Positions 1 to 10,486 are shown, numbered from the stretch's first letter. The stretch: DNA of 64,000 nt from Candidatus Gastranaerophilales bacterium (GCA_944324235.1 CALUVN010000001.1:331-64330); one strand, 5' to 3'. Numbers and translations are program-made. Notes: generated by a model from the letters alone, not told the origin.

Positions 1-497
1 GGCAAAACTAGCCCCCCGAATTCTTTTTCTACCGATTTTATAACATTCAGGGTTTTTGATTTTGGCACGTAATCCATTTTTGTGACTACCGTGATTATCG
101 GCAAATTATAGTTATTAACCCATTCTCGCATTTGAAAATCGTTCTTTTGAATTTCGTGCCGTCCGTCAATTAGCTGAACCAGTGATTTGATTTGTTTTCT
201 GTTTAAAAGATATTCTTCTAAATATTTTTGCCAACGGTTCTGCGCTTCCTTGGAAACTTTCGCGTACCCGTAACCCGGAAGATCTGCTATTGTAAATTTG
301 TCTGAAAAATTGAAAAAATTGATTAATCTGGTCTTCCCCGGTGTGTTGGAGGTCTTTGCCAGCTTTTTATTATTTGCAAGCCCGTTGATAAATGAAGACT
401 TGCCTACATTTGAACGCCCAAGAAGCGGATATTCCTCAAGTTGAAAATCCGGACATTGCGAGAGCTTTTCAGCACTTACAACAAATTTTGCCTGCAT
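1..497 (-). CDS. engB: GTP-binding protein EngB/YsxC (3' end runs off the window)
   Basis: Not in the ORF track because it has no in-window stop. My minus-strand translation from ATG 497-495 gives MQAKFVVSAEKLSQCPDFQLEEYPLLGRSNVGKSSFINGLANNKKLAKTSNTPGKTRLINFF... It has the P-loop GRSNVGKSS, G3 DLPGYGYA and G4 TKMD. Confidence 0.85.
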   Translation of the reverse strand, partial: MQAKFVVSAEKLSQCPDFQLEEYPLLGRSNVGKSSFINGLANNKKLAKTSNTPGKTRLINFFNFSDKFTIADLPGYGYAKVSKEAQNRWQKYLEEYLLNRKQIKSLVQLIDGRHEIQKNDFQMREWVNNYNLPIITVVTKMDYVPKSKTLNVIKSVEKEFGGLVL

Positions 498-514
498 GTA
501 TTTTAATTTCGTAC

Positions 515-772
515 TCATTTTGTAGATAATGCTTTTTTCTGTTGTTCTTTTAATTTTTGTTTATACAGGACAGTCTGAAATAAGTTGTACATTTTTTCGC
601 TGTTTACAACGGTAATTTGAGTTTTCTTTTCGGTTAAATCAATGTTTACTGCCGGTTTTTGACTAAAAATATTTGACTGGAGATGTACAATCTGGAATAA
701 CCCCACTTTTAATATACTTAAGGGTTCCATCAAGAACATTTCAAATGTTTTCCGTATGTCAAATTTACTCAT
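515..772 (-). CDS. Hypothetical small protein (85 aa)
   Basis: The ORF is wedged between the TPR gene (2-nt gap) and engB on the same strand. It has no recognisable motif. Confidence 0.3.
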   Translation of the reverse strand: MSKFDIRKTFEMFLMEPLSILKVGLFQIVHLQSNIFSQKPAVNIDLTEKKTQITVVNSEKMYNLFQTVLYKQKLKEQQKKALSTK

Positions 773-774
773 AA

Positions 775-2577
775 TTACTGTACTTTAGTTTTGTATTTTT
801 CAATTTTCTTTTGAACTTCAGCTTTATCAGGAGCATCAGGACTGTAAGACAAATATTGAGTATAATATTTTACTGCACCCTGATAGTTCTTTTCTTGTTC
901 GTAAGCCATTGCTTTTAATTTTGCAATATGCGGTCCGTTGTGGAAGAAGTCAATAGCTCTGTTACAGTATTCAATAGTAGATGCGTAATTTTCTTCTTTG
1001 TATTGTCTTTGAGCAACATCAAAGAATTCATTTGATTTAATTTCGCAAAGGTCAATGTAATTCATTGTATTTTTAGCGATTACATTGTTAGGATCTCTTG
1101 TCAGAGCTTTTTTCAGAGCAACTCTAGCTGTTCTGAATTGTTTATGCTGTAATAGGATTTCTGCAAGATACAAATCATCATCCAGTGATTCAGAGAAGTT
1201 AACTGCATTTTCAAATGTATAAACAGCATCTTTTTCTCTGCCGAGAGCAAGGTATGCTTCACCTTTAATCACGGTATCCATAAGGTTATTGCTTGCTGTT
1301 TGGATAATGTAATTCAGGCTGTCCTTAGATAAATCCATCTGGTGTGTTAATGTTGCAATTTTAATTTTTGCAAGGTGGAGTTTCAAATCATAAGGAGTTC
1401 TTTCAAGAGCCTGATTGATGTAATCGTATGCAAGATACAAATCCTTGTTTGTTGTGAAAGAGTTACTATCGGCTTCATCTCTGGACATTTCGTAATAAGT
1501 GTTTGCCAGACCGATAATAGCATCATCATTATATTCTTCATCGCCGATTAATTTTGAATAGTATTCAAGAGCTTGATTATATTTTTTAGTTTCAAGCGAC
1601 AAATCTGCGATACGGATTATACCTTGAGTAAATCTAGGATTAATAGCCAGAACGGTTTTCAACTGTTCCATTGCAAATTCCGCATCAGCTCGTTTTTCAT
1701 AAACGTTAGCCAGATTAACGTAAGGTTTTGAGTTTTCCGGTTTAACTGTTACAGCTTTTTTGAAAGAGTTGATAGCTGCAGGCTGGTTGCCCTGTCTGAG
1801 ATACAGTTCACCTTGCAGGTTAAGTGCAGGTGAAGAATTCGGATTGATGTGGATAGAGTGGTTAATCCACGTAAGAGCTTTGGAGTAGTCTCCTTGTCTT
1901 GCTGCAACTTGAGCCATGTGGTACATGGAAGTCGGGTTATGCGTATTAAGTTTCAATGCTTTTTGGAATTGAGCTTCGGCAGCATCAAGGTTTCCTTCCA
2001 TCATTTCCAGAACGCCGAGGTTATCGTATGCGTTTGCAAAGTCGGGATTTACCTGAAGAGCCAGATTAAATAATTCTCTTGCATCTTTTTTGTTGCCTAA
2101 TTTTAAAGTTGCAACACCCATAGCATTATAAGCTTGATAATGATTACTATCAAGATTTACTGTTTGTACAAATTCTTTAACAGCTGAATTTAAAAGGTTT
2201 CTTGTATTTTTGATATATTCAACGTCGGAAGATGTTTGGCGCATCATATATACTATACCTTGAGCATAGTGAAGATCCGGATTATTAGGATTGTCTTTTA
2301 ATAGTGCATCTAATTCTTTTTGAGCCGGTGCGAGTTTATATTGCTTAGCTAAAGAAACCGTTCTCAGTGCTTTTAACTGTACATCGTTAGGGCTTTGTTT
2401 TAAGGCATCGCTAATCATTTTATCAGCGCGTTCGTATTCGTTATATTCCAATAATTTGTCAATTTCAACATAGCTTTTTTCGACTTTTGCCTGAATTTCA
2501 CTTGCGAATGCATTAGTTGCAGAACAGAGGACACTTGCCAAAATCATTGATGACACTATAAGCTTTTTACAATTCAT
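775..2577 (-). CDS. Secreted/periplasmic TPR-repeat protein
   Basis: 600 aa. The signal peptide is MNCKKLIVSSMILASVLCSATNAFA. The body is tandem 34-aa TPR-like units (ALKQSPNDVQ, ALQVNPDFANAY, ALKLNTHNP, AVTVKPENSKPY, LAINPRF, ALTRDPNN). Confidence 0.85.
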   Translation of the reverse strand: MNCKKLIVSSMILASVLCSATNAFASEIQAKVEKSYVEIDKLLEYNEYERADKMISDALKQSPNDVQLKALRTVSLAKQYKLAPAQKELDALLKDNPNNPDLHYAQGIVYMMRQTSSDVEYIKNTRNLLNSAVKEFVQTVNLDSNHYQAYNAMGVATLKLGNKKDARELFNLALQVNPDFANAYDNLGVLEMMEGNLDAAEAQFQKALKLNTHNPTSMYHMAQVAARQGDYSKALTWINHSIHINPNSSPALNLQGELYLRQGNQPAAINSFKKAVTVKPENSKPYVNLANVYEKRADAEFAMEQLKTVLAINPRFTQGIIRIADLSLETKKYNQALEYYSKLIGDEEYNDDAIIGLANTYYEMSRDEADSNSFTTNKDLYLAYDYINQALERTPYDLKLHLAKIKIATLTHQMDLSKDSLNYIIQTASNNLMDTVIKGEAYLALGREKDAVYTFENAVNFSESLDDDLYLAEILLQHKQFRTARVALKKALTRDPNNVIAKNTMNYIDLCEIKSNEFFDVAQRQYKEENYASTIEYCNRAIDFFHNGPHIAKLKAMAYEQEKNYQGAVKYYTQYLSYSPDAPDKAEVQKKIEKYKTKVQ

Positions 2578-2660
2578 TTTTTCACCTACAATTTTTCACT
2601 ATACTAATTATCTTGATTATATTGTATAATATATAATATAAAAAAGCAACAAGGTTATAT

Positions 2661-3575
2661 ATGGGATTAAATAACAATTCAAAACAGAATCTGGAAGATT
2701 TTAAAACTTACATAATTGTGGAGAAAAATTTTTCCAAACATACGGCACAAGCTTACTGTTCGGATGTTTTGAGTTTTCTTGTATGGCTTGATGACGGTTT
2801 ATGCGAGGATGTAAATTTTTCTAAAATCAGAGAATATTTGCATTTTATTCAAAAATTTCATTATAAAAAATCGACAATTGCGAGGAAGATAGCATCCCTG
2901 AGAACCTTTTATAAGTACCTTTACAGGGAGAAGAGGGTTGATAACAATCCGGCTATGAATTTAAATTCCCCCAAACGGCCTAGAACTTTGCCAAAATTCC
3001 TCACACCGGAGGAGGTGGAAGAAATTTTGAATAATATAAAGATAGAAACGCCTTCGGGTTTCAGGAACAGGGCTATTCTTGAACTTTTGTGGGCAACCGG
3101 AATGCGTGTATCGGAGCTTGCGGGGTTGAATTTCGGCGATTTAAATCTGGAAAATAATGAAATTCGTGTATTCGGAAAAGGTGCAAAGGAGCGGATTATC
3201 CTTGTATCAAACAGGGCAAAGACTTATTTGGAAAGGTATATAGAATCTGCAAGAGCATTGATACCTAAGGGTTACAAGATAGAAGAGCCGACGGAAAGCT
3301 CGCCTGTTTTTATTAATAATACTGGTTACAGACTTCAGACAAAGACAATCAGAAACGTTATAAATGAAGTTGTGGAAAAGATAGCATTACCGAAAAAAGT
3401 GACTCCTCACGTATTCAGGCACAGTTTTGCAACGCACCTTATAGAAAACGGTGCTGATTTACGTGTGGTGCAGGAGCTTTTGGGGCATGCAAGCATATCA
3501 AACACTCAAATTTATACACACGTATCCACGCAGCACTTAAAAGATGTTTATAACGAAACACACCCGCGTGCTTAG
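2661..3575 (+). CDS. Tyrosine site-specific recombinase, XerC/XerD type
   Basis: 304 aa. The catalytic C-terminus HVFRHSFATHLIENGADLRVVQELLGHASISNTQIYTHV shows the R..HxxR..H..Y pattern. ARG at GMRVSEL. There is an N-terminal core-binding domain. Confidence 0.9.
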   Translation: MGLNNNSKQNLEDFKTYIIVEKNFSKHTAQAYCSDVLSFLVWLDDGLCEDVNFSKIREYLHFIQKFHYKKSTIARKIASLRTFYKYLYREKRVDNNPAMNLNSPKRPRTLPKFLTPEEVEEILNNIKIETPSGFRNRAILELLWATGMRVSELAGLNFGDLNLENNEIRVFGKGAKERIILVSNRAKTYLERYIESARALIPKGYKIEEPTESSPVFINNTGYRLQTKTIRNVINEVVEKIALPKKVTPHVFRHSFATHLIENGADLRVVQELLGHASISNTQIYTHVSTQHLKDVYNETHPRA

Positions 3576-3582
3576 TAAATTT

Positions 3583-4206
3583 TTAATGAATACGTTCAAA
3601 CTGTAAAAGTTTCAGCCCGCGTTTTTGTTTTTCGTGCTGAATGTCAGGGAGTTCATAACACTGAATGCATCGTGCTTCATAAGTTTCATCCCCGCCAATC
3701 ATAATCAAAGGAGAATTTTTGTCGGCAGGTTTGCCGTCGATTAATCTCTGGGTTCTTGTAGCATGGTCGCAGCCGCATTTCATGCAAACTGCGTGAAGTT
3801 TATCTACTTTTGTTGCGATGCACATTAATTCAGGCATGCAGCCGAAAGGTTCTGCTTTGAAGTCAAGTTCAAGGCCGCTGCCGATAACTTTTTTGCCTTC
3901 TTCCATCAGTTTTGTGATAACTTTTACGATGTTTGAATCAAAAAATTGCAATTCGTCGATTGCAACGACTTCATCTTCAGGTTTCACGACACTCATAATC
4001 TGGATAGCATGTTTAACCTTTATTGCATCAAGCCACAATCCGTTTCTGGATTCAATATAATCACCTTGAGCTCTTGTATCAACTTCCGGCGAAATAACTT
4101 TAACCTTTTTCTTTGCAATAATACAGCGTCTGACCCGTCTTAAAAGTTCTTCTGTTTTTCCGCAGCTCATCGGACCTGTAATTATTTCAAAAGTATACCC
4201 TTGCAT
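3583..4206 (-). CDS. tdk: Thymidine kinase
   Basis: P-loop GPMSCGKTEELL and a C-terminal Zn ribbon (CMKCG...CIQC). I prefer the ATG at 4206, preceded by GGGGGAG, over the TTG at 4230 given in the track. Confidence 0.9.
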   Translation of the reverse strand: MQGYTFEIITGPMSCGKTEELLRRVRRCIIAKKKVKVISPEVDTRAQGDYIESRNGLWLDAIKVKHAIQIMSVVKPEDEVVAIDELQFFDSNIVKVITKLMEEGKKVIGSGLELDFKAEPFGCMPELMCIATKVDKLHAVCMKCGCDHATRTQRLIDGKPADKNSPLIMIGGDETYEARCIQCYELPDIQHEKQKRGLKLLQFERIH

Positions 4207-4359
4207 CAAATCTCCCCCGTAGATTCCCAAATCTGATAAATATTATTGTTCTTCTTACACTTTTAATTATACGGCCTTGAATTTATTTTGAGAAGTAAAA
4301 GTAAAAAAATGTTACAGCAGAAAAAATGTGATATAATAACAGACGACTAAGGAGAGATT

Positions 4360-4839
4360 ATGTACAGAATAGGATTAGGCTATGACATACACCAGCTTAC
4401 GGCAGGAAGGGATTTGATAATCGGCGGGGTCAAAATTACGCACGAAAAAGGATTACTGGGACATTCCGATGCGGATGTATTGATTCATGCTATTATTGAC
4501 GGGATGCTTGGAGCTCTTGCGCTTGCGGATATCGGGACACTTTTTCCTGATACGGATAAAAAATACAAAGATGCGGACAGTACAATTTTGCTGGAAGAGG
4601 TTTACAAAAAAATCAGGGCAAAAGGTTATGTTATAAATAACATTGACTGTAATATAATTGCGCAAGAACCTAAAATGATGCCTTATATCCCTAAAATGAA
4701 GGATGTTCTGTGCAAGATTTTGGAAATTCCTTATGAGGATTTGTCTATTAAAGCCAAAACAAAAGAGAAAATGGATGCAGTCGGGCAGAAACTTGCTATA
4801 GAAGCAAATTCTGCCGTTTTGTTAAAAAAGATTAAATAA
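4360..4839 (+). CDS. ispF: 2-C-methyl-D-erythritol 2,4-cyclodiphosphate synthase
   Basis: 159 aa with GLGYDIHQL and GHSDADVLIHAIIDGMLGA motifs. SD AAGGAGAG lies upstream. Confidence 0.95.
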   Translation: MYRIGLGYDIHQLTAGRDLIIGGVKITHEKGLLGHSDADVLIHAIIDGMLGALALADIGTLFPDTDKKYKDADSTILLEEVYKKIRAKGYVINNIDCNIIAQEPKMMPYIPKMKDVLCKILEIPYEDLSIKAKTKEKMDAVGQKLAIEANSAVLLKKIK

Positions 4840-4847
4840 ATTCCCGC

Positions 4848-5474
4848 TTAAATTTCGCAGTTAACTAATTTATACGTATTTTCCGTTCCCGGAAAATAAT
4901 AAAGTTCTCCTGTCGCTTTGTTGATGAGTTCTCCCAGTTTTTCGCAGGTTGAATCTTTTTCCATAATATACAGGTCGTCGATTTTTGCCTTATCAAATTT
5001 TAATGTTGCAGCCTGTTCAGGGTTAAGTGCAAGAACTCCGATTTTGGCTGTGCCGAGATCTTTTACTTTTGAACCTTCAATGTTTAAAAATTCAAAAGTT
5101 TGATTGCCAAGTTTAACTACTGAGGAATTTTTCATTATTGTTTCACCGTCAAATTTTTTTATGGAGTTGAAAAGTCTTTGTTCATTAATACCGTAGTCTT
5201 CAAAAGTGTTATCTTCATCGGGCTGTGAATATTCCGCAACATAAAGCTTGCCTGTTGTCGGGTCTTTTTCGGCTTCAAAATCAAATTCGTTTAATATGGT
5301 TTCATAGTCTTCTTGTTGGATTGCATCTTTGAGTTTAATCGAAACTTCAGGTTTTCCGCTGAATGAAACGGTGTCTTTTGCCAGCGGTTTTAGATTTGAA
5401 AAATTGTTGCAATATTTTGGCTGATTGTTGTTTTGAGTATTAAAAATTTTTAAACTTACAGGCGAAATATTCAT
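4848..5474 (-). CDS. Orphan protein (208 aa) with polar N-terminal P..F signature
   Basis: Clean ORF with no Sec signal. N-terminus is MNISPVSLKIFNTQNNNQ... followed by TVSFSGK. No family recognised. Confidence 0.5.
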   Translation of the reverse strand: MNISPVSLKIFNTQNNNQPKYCNNFSNLKPLAKDTVSFSGKPEVSIKLKDAIQQEDYETILNEFDFEAEKDPTTGKLYVAEYSQPDEDNTFEDYGINEQRLFNSIKKFDGETIMKNSSVVKLGNQTFEFLNIEGSKVKDLGTAKIGVLALNPEQAATLKFDKAKIDDLYIMEKDSTCEKLGELINKATGELYYFPGTENTYKLVNCEI

Positions 5475-5561
5475 ATTTACTCCTTAAAATTGTGTACATA
5501 TCCGCTGTAAAACAACTAAATAATTTTTTTTGTCATGTTTTAAAATAAATTATTACAAAAA

Positions 5562-8057
5562 TTAAAATTTTTTGAGTCTGGCATAATTTGCATCCATGGC
5601 TTTTCTGCCCATTTTGCCGAAATCTATGGTGTACATTACGCTTTCGCCTATATAAGATACATCTTCAATGTGTCCCACGCCGAGTTTATCGTGGAAAACA
5701 CGTTCTCCGACATTGAACACATATTCAATCGGTTTATCAGAATTGCGTTCTTTTTCTCTTTCTTCAGCTTTGACCTGAGCTTCTTTTTCCTGACGGCGTT
5801 TTTCTTCAAGCATACGTTTAATGGCATTGTCTTTGAAGAATTCTTTAACTTTTTCTTCATCGCGCTGTTTATTTGCCTGAGATTTAACAAGAATGGTACG
5901 TGCAGGGGTTCTGTTCGGCTGCTGGGTTTGCTGTTTATTTCTGTATTGCGGAGCGACAAAACCTTTGCCAAAGCCTGTGGACGGTTTGACATAGCCGTAA
6001 CTGTCAGATTGGGCTGCCGAATAAGAATAGTCCGAATGCCCTGTTTTAGCTTTTGAAACGGCATTTCTGAATGTAGAAGATGTGTTTGTGCTGCCTTCAA
6101 AGGAAATCATATCCATAAGCTGGCGCGGAATTTCGTCAATAAAGCGTGACGGGTTGTAGTATTTATATTCACCCCACATCTGGCGTCGTTTGGCGGATGT
6201 CAGGTATAATTTTTCTTCGGCACGGGTTACTCCGACGTACATCAGGCGGCGTTCTTCTTCCATTTCCGACGGCGAATTAAAGGTTCTCTGGTGCGGGAAA
6301 ACTCCTTCATCCAGCCCTGCAAGAAATACTACCGGAAACTCCAGTCCTTTTGCGGAGTGAAGAGTCATCAACGTTACATTATTTGCAATCTCGTCAACGC
6401 CGTCAAGGTCTGAGACCAGTGCGACCTGTTGAAGAAATTCACCTAAGATATTATCGAGTTCTTCCGGTTCAAATTCGCCTGCGACGTTTACAAGTTCCTG
6501 AAGGTTTTCAATATCTGCCTCTGCCTCATCAGTTCCCTGAGCTTGAAGTTCTGCGAGATAGCCGCTTTTTTCTATTACAAGAGTTACAAATTCCTGCAGG
6601 TTATAAGATTTTTGTGCATCTTTAAATCTCAGGATTAATTCTGCAAAATCTTTGAGTTTAGAGCGGGTTCTCGGCGGAATTTCAATGGCATCGTCGATGT
6701 GTTTAACGGCTTCAAACAGGCTCATATCGTTCTGGTCGGCAAATGTTTGAAGGTTTTTAATCGTAGTATCGCCGATTGAGCGTTTTGGAACGTTAACGAT
6801 TCGTGCAAAACTTTGAGAGTCATCAGTGTTATAGATTAATCTCAGGTAGGCGATTATGTCTTTTACTTCTTTACGGTCATAGAATTTCAGGCCGCCGTAA
6901 ATTCTGTATGGAATACCTGCTGCCATGCAGGCTTCTTCCAGAGCACGGGATTGTGAATTTGTGCGGTACAGGATTGCATAGCGGTTATAATCTCCGCCGC
7001 TGTCCTGTTTAATTTTGCTTGCAATAAAGTTTGCCTCGTCTGCTTCGTCCTGAGCTTCAAAGTAATCAATCTTTTCGCCGTCGCCTTTTTGAGAGTAGAG
7101 AACTTTGTCCACGCGTTCTGTATTATTTTCAATAATAGCGTTGGCAACATTCAAAATATTTGCGGTAGAACGGTAGTTTTGTTCAAGCTTGATGAGTTTT
7201 GTATTTTTAAAATCCTTCTGGAAGTTCAAAATAATTGTATAATCCGCACCGCGCCAGCTGTAAATTGACTGGTCAACATCGCCAACAACGCAAAGGGAGC
7301 GTTCTTCAGGGATTTCTGCCTGCAGGTTGGTGTAGAGCATATTAACAAGTCTGTACTGAGCCTGGTTTGTATCCTGATACTCATCTACGAGAATATGCTG
7401 AAAACGGTCGAAATATTCTTTTCTGACCTGCGGGTTTTGTTCAAGAAGTTTCACTGTCAAAAGAAGCATATCGTCAAAATCGATTGCGTTGTTATTATTC
7501 AGCGAATTTTCGTATTCTTCGTATATTTTGGCAATATTCTGGGATTTGAAATCTCTTGCGAATGTGGCAAAAGTGTAGGCGTCCTGCATTTTGTTTTTTG
7601 CATTGGAAATTATGGATTTCACAAGTTTTGGCTGATAAATTTTATCGTCAAGATTAAGCTTTTTGATGGCTTTTTTTATAACCGCATTGCTGTCGGTTTC
7701 GTCATAAATAGAAAAGTTTTTATCAAGCCTTTTGCCGGATTGGAAACTGTAATCCTCAATATGCTCGCGGAGCATTCTTCCGCAAATTCCGTGAAAAGTT
7801 CCGACCCACATATATTTTACGGTATTTTCTCCTAAAATATTCCCGAGACGTTCTTTCATTTCTCTTGCCGCCTTGTTCGTAAACGTTACGGCCAGAATAT
7901 TACGCGGTCTGACACCGTTTTGAATGAGGTATGCTATGCGTGAGGTAAGTAATTTCGTCTTTCCGCTGCCGGCACCTGCCAGTACCAGCAAAGGTCCTTT
8001 GATGGTTTGAACGGCTTCTCTCTGCTCCCTGTTGAGGTTTTCCAATATATTTTCCAT
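5562..8057 (-). CDS. pcrA: ATP-dependent DNA helicase PcrA/UvrD
   Basis: Walker A AGAGSGKT, DEYQDT, VGDVDQSIYSWRGA, QNYRS, TLHSAKGLEFPVVF and VGVTRA. It has a K/E-rich linker plus a C-terminal Tudor-like tail. The likely start is ATG 8057 (MENILENLN); the track start at 8099 would collide with the divergent promoter. Confidence 0.92.
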   Translation of the reverse strand: MENILENLNREQREAVQTIKGPLLVLAGAGSGKTKLLTSRIAYLIQNGVRPRNILAVTFTNKAAREMKERLGNILGENTVKYMWVGTFHGICGRMLREHIEDYSFQSGKRLDKNFSIYDETDSNAVIKKAIKKLNLDDKIYQPKLVKSIISNAKNKMQDAYTFATFARDFKSQNIAKIYEEYENSLNNNNAIDFDDMLLLTVKLLEQNPQVRKEYFDRFQHILVDEYQDTNQAQYRLVNMLYTNLQAEIPEERSLCVVGDVDQSIYSWRGADYTIILNFQKDFKNTKLIKLEQNYRSTANILNVANAIIENNTERVDKVLYSQKGDGEKIDYFEAQDEADEANFIASKIKQDSGGDYNRYAILYRTNSQSRALEEACMAAGIPYRIYGGLKFYDRKEVKDIIAYLRLIYNTDDSQSFARIVNVPKRSIGDTTIKNLQTFADQNDMSLFEAVKHIDDAIEIPPRTRSKLKDFAELILRFKDAQKSYNLQEFVTLVIEKSGYLAELQAQGTDEAEADIENLQELVNVAGEFEPEELDNILGEFLQQVALVSDLDGVDEIANNVTLMTLHSAKGLEFPVVFLAGLDEGVFPHQRTFNSPSEMEEERRLMYVGVTRAEEKLYLTSAKRRQMWGEYKYYNPSRFIDEIPRQLMDMISFEGSTNTSSTFRNAVSKAKTGHSDYSYSAAQSDSYGYVKPSTGFGKGFVAPQYRNKQQTQQPNRTPARTILVKSQANKQRDEEKVKEFFKDNAIKRMLEEKRRQEKEAQVKAEEREKERNSDKPIEYVFNVGERVFHDKLGVGHIEDVSYIGESVMYTIDFGKMGRKAMDANYARLKKF

Positions 8058-8139
8058 GTCCCTATTCCCAAAAAATTTTTTTTGTGTTATAATCAGCATA
8101 ATCGAAAAAAATATTTATTGCAATCAGAAAGTAGGAAAA

Positions 8140-8739
8140 ATGACAGAGACTGAAATGAATTCAATTATGATGAGCACTGACGGACAGGATCAGGAAAAAC
8201 AAAATTCAATTATGGTTCCGATAGATGATATGGATACGGTAGATTCTGATTCTCCGCACACGGTCGATGCTCTGGCGATGGAACTCGCTACGATTCAACA
8301 GTCTGCAAAAAGAATTGCCATTATCGGCAGTCGTAACCTTCCTATTACTCATCAGCAGATGATTGAAACTCTTACTTCTGCTCTTGTTATGCAGGGAAAT
8401 ACAATTATTACGTCAGGAGGTTCTTCAGGTACTAACGCAGCTGCTATTCGCGGTGCTATGAAGGCTAATCCGGATAAATTAAAAGTTATTCTCCCGCAAA
8501 CTATAGGACAGCAGCCGTCTGATGTTCAAGATCAGCTTATCGGAGTTCCGAATATCGTTGAGCACTCCGACAGAGCTATGATGACTCTTGCCGATGCTTC
8601 CCGCATTTGCAACAGAGAAATTATAGATGATTGCAACCAGTTAATCTGTTTCTTGTCTCATACAAGTAAAACTTTACATAATGCAGTGCAGTATGCTGAA
8701 GAAGGACACAAAGTTATTACGGTGTTCTATCTTGATTAA
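8140..8739 (+). CDS. DprA/Smf-like Rossmann (SLOG-superfamily) single-domain protein
   Basis: IAIIGSRNLP...ITSGGSSGTNAAAIRGAM resembles the DprA/LOG nucleotide-binding core, but the SAM and winged-helix domains of full DprA are absent. Start moved to ATG 8140 (MTETEM). An extended -10 TGTTATAAT lies at 8085-8093. Confidence 0.45.
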   Translation: MTETEMNSIMMSTDGQDQEKQNSIMVPIDDMDTVDSDSPHTVDALAMELATIQQSAKRIAIIGSRNLPITHQQMIETLTSALVMQGNTIITSGGSSGTNAAAIRGAMKANPDKLKVILPQTIGQQPSDVQDQLIGVPNIVEHSDRAMMTLADASRICNREIIDDCNQLICFLSHTSKTLHNAVQYAEEGHKVITVFYLD

Positions 8740-8770
8740 GCCGTAAACTGCACCGGTATTCGGGTTTATT

Positions 8771-9940
8771 ATGCAAGAGATTTTAAAAAAACTGACAGGC
8801 AAAAATCAGCGCGAAGCAGAAGAAGTTGCCCGCAATATGGTGGATAATTCAGATACGGAGCTTTTCCGCGAACTTGTAGGAAAAGACGACTTTTTGTTCG
8901 ATTTTGTTAAACAAAATATCTCCGAATATATCAGAAATGTCTGCGACGAAACAAATTATAAAAATCTTTTGAAATTTTTAAAATATTATTCACCTTCATA
9001 CGAAGATGCAATTATTCAGGTGCTTGCCAAATACGCCGACGAAGATTTGACCGACGAAATGCTCGATATATTTGAACACGGGACGGATGACGAAAAAACT
9101 TACTGTGCAAAATTCTTTTCATATATTCAGGACAACCTTGCTCTTGATTTGCTCAGAGAATACGCGCACAGTGAGAATTATGCTCTTGCAATAAACTGTG
9201 CTTATACGCTCGGTATGATGAAGGACAGCGTTTCATACAATAAGGCAACGGCAAATCTCAATTCAAACGATGACTTTGAAAAGCTTGCAGCTGTGAAATT
9301 TCTCGTATCATACGGCGAAAAAGAAGCAGTGCCGCAAATTATTCAGGCAATGAAAACATCTTCCATGGCGGAAAATATTGCAGGTGAAATCCCTTATCTG
9401 GAAGACCTGTTTTCTATAATGAATACAAATTTTGAAGATGCGCTTCTGATAATTAATAATATAATTAACGGACTCGGAGAAATCCTCTCTCTTTCGCAGG
9501 TGTTTGACTTTGAACTGTACGAACTTTTTGAAAATTTAATCCGTAAACAGCATACCGGTCCAATTTCCGTAATACTGTTGAACGCAAAAGAAAAATTTGA
9601 TATACTAACAGAGAACGATGAATATCTCTTTGATGAAAACAAAGAAACCAAAAACGAAATTCTGTCAATAAAAAAATTACTTTCGAACATTGATGAAAAA
9701 GAATTAAAACAGCTTGTAAAATACGAACTTAAAGAAGAGAGTCCGTTTGTTTACACGGCATTGGAATTAAGCGATGACGTTCTCGCCATAAGAGAACTCC
9801 TCAAATGCAACAACCAGACAATAATTCTCAAAACCGCAGAGGTTTTGAAATCATTGAATAATCTGGATGAAACAACCAAAACGGTTGCATTAATAAAAAT
9901 TACGGATGAAAATATAAAATCGATTATCAGAGCATTATAG
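8771..9940 (+). CDS. HEAT/PBS-lyase-like repeat protein (hypothetical)
   Basis: 389 aa, all-helical. Repeats include DDEKTYCAKFFS..ALDLLREY and AAVKFLVSYGEKEAVPQIIQAMK. Assignment is weak. Confidence 0.35.
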   Translation: MQEILKKLTGKNQREAEEVARNMVDNSDTELFRELVGKDDFLFDFVKQNISEYIRNVCDETNYKNLLKFLKYYSPSYEDAIIQVLAKYADEDLTDEMLDIFEHGTDDEKTYCAKFFSYIQDNLALDLLREYAHSENYALAINCAYTLGMMKDSVSYNKATANLNSNDDFEKLAAVKFLVSYGEKEAVPQIIQAMKTSSMAENIAGEIPYLEDLFSIMNTNFEDALLIINNIINGLGEILSLSQVFDFELYELFENLIRKQHTGPISVILLNAKEKFDILTENDEYLFDENKETKNEILSIKKLLSNIDEKELKQLVKYELKEESPFVYTALELSDDVLAIRELLKCNNQTIILKTAEVLKSLNNLDETTKTVALIKITDENIKSIIRAL

Positions 9941-9948
9941 GTGACACA

Positions 9949-10482
9949 ATGAATTTAGAAGAAAAAACAATTAACAGCAGAACAGCTTACGAAGGAAAAG
10001 TAATAGATGTACTTATTGATGATGTTGTAATCTCAACAGGTCAAAAAACAATCAGAGAAGTTGTAAAACATAAGGGCGGAGTTGTAATTATAGCATTGAA
10101 AGATGATATGAATATCTTAATGGTAAAACAATACCGCTACCCTATAAAGGAAGAATCACTGGAGCTTCCTGCAGGTAAACTTGATGAAAATGAAGACCCT
10201 GCAGTTGCCTGCAAAAGAGAATTGGAAGAAGAAACAGGCTATGTTGCACAGGATTGGAAGTCACTCGGTTATATCTATACATCTCCGGGATTTTGCAATG
10301 AAAAACTGTACCTCTATCTTGCAACCAATTTAAAATTTGTCGGTGAAAACCCTGATGAAGGTGAAGTTCTTCAAACTCAGGAATATAAAGCAGATGAAAT
10401 ATTCCAGATGATTAAAAACGGCGACATCAATGATGCCAAAACGATTTGTGCAATGAGCAGAGCATTCAGCGGAGGGTTTTAA
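9949..10482 (+). CDS. nudF: NUDIX hydrolase, ADP-ribose pyrophosphatase type
   Basis: Nudix box GKLDENEDPAVACKRELEEETGY. The size and N-terminal beta domain are typical of NudF. Confidence 0.8.
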   Translation: MNLEEKTINSRTAYEGKVIDVLIDDVVISTGQKTIREVVKHKGGVVIIALKDDMNILMVKQYRYPIKEESLELPAGKLDENEDPAVACKRELEEETGYVAQDWKSLGYIYTSPGFCNEKLYLYLATNLKFVGENPDEGEVLQTQEYKADEIFQMIKNGDINDAKTICAMSRAFSGGF

Positions 10483-10486
10483 TCCG

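Noticed and set aside
1-497. The N-termini of EngB (CPDFQ), the DUF47 protein (MPKF), MntP (PALIF) and Hsp20 (PDLYF) also match P-x(1-3)-F.
   Set aside because: These are well-annotated housekeeping proteins. I treat them as chance matches, recorded as a caution that the proposed N-terminal signature is low-information on its own.
2661-3575. The tyrosine recombinase could mark an integrated mobile element.
   Set aside because: Its size and motifs fit chromosomal XerC/D. There are no flanking phage or transposon genes, att-like repeats or tRNA. The neighbours are housekeeping genes.
8032-8139. The track gives N-terminal extensions for several ORFs: 8032 (SLOG), 8099 (pcrA), 15766, 20902, 25065, 36039, 38284 and 55892.
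   Set aside because: The extensions overlap neighbouring genes, promoters or terminators and lack an SD. Internal ATGs with good SD and homology-consistent N-termini were preferred.
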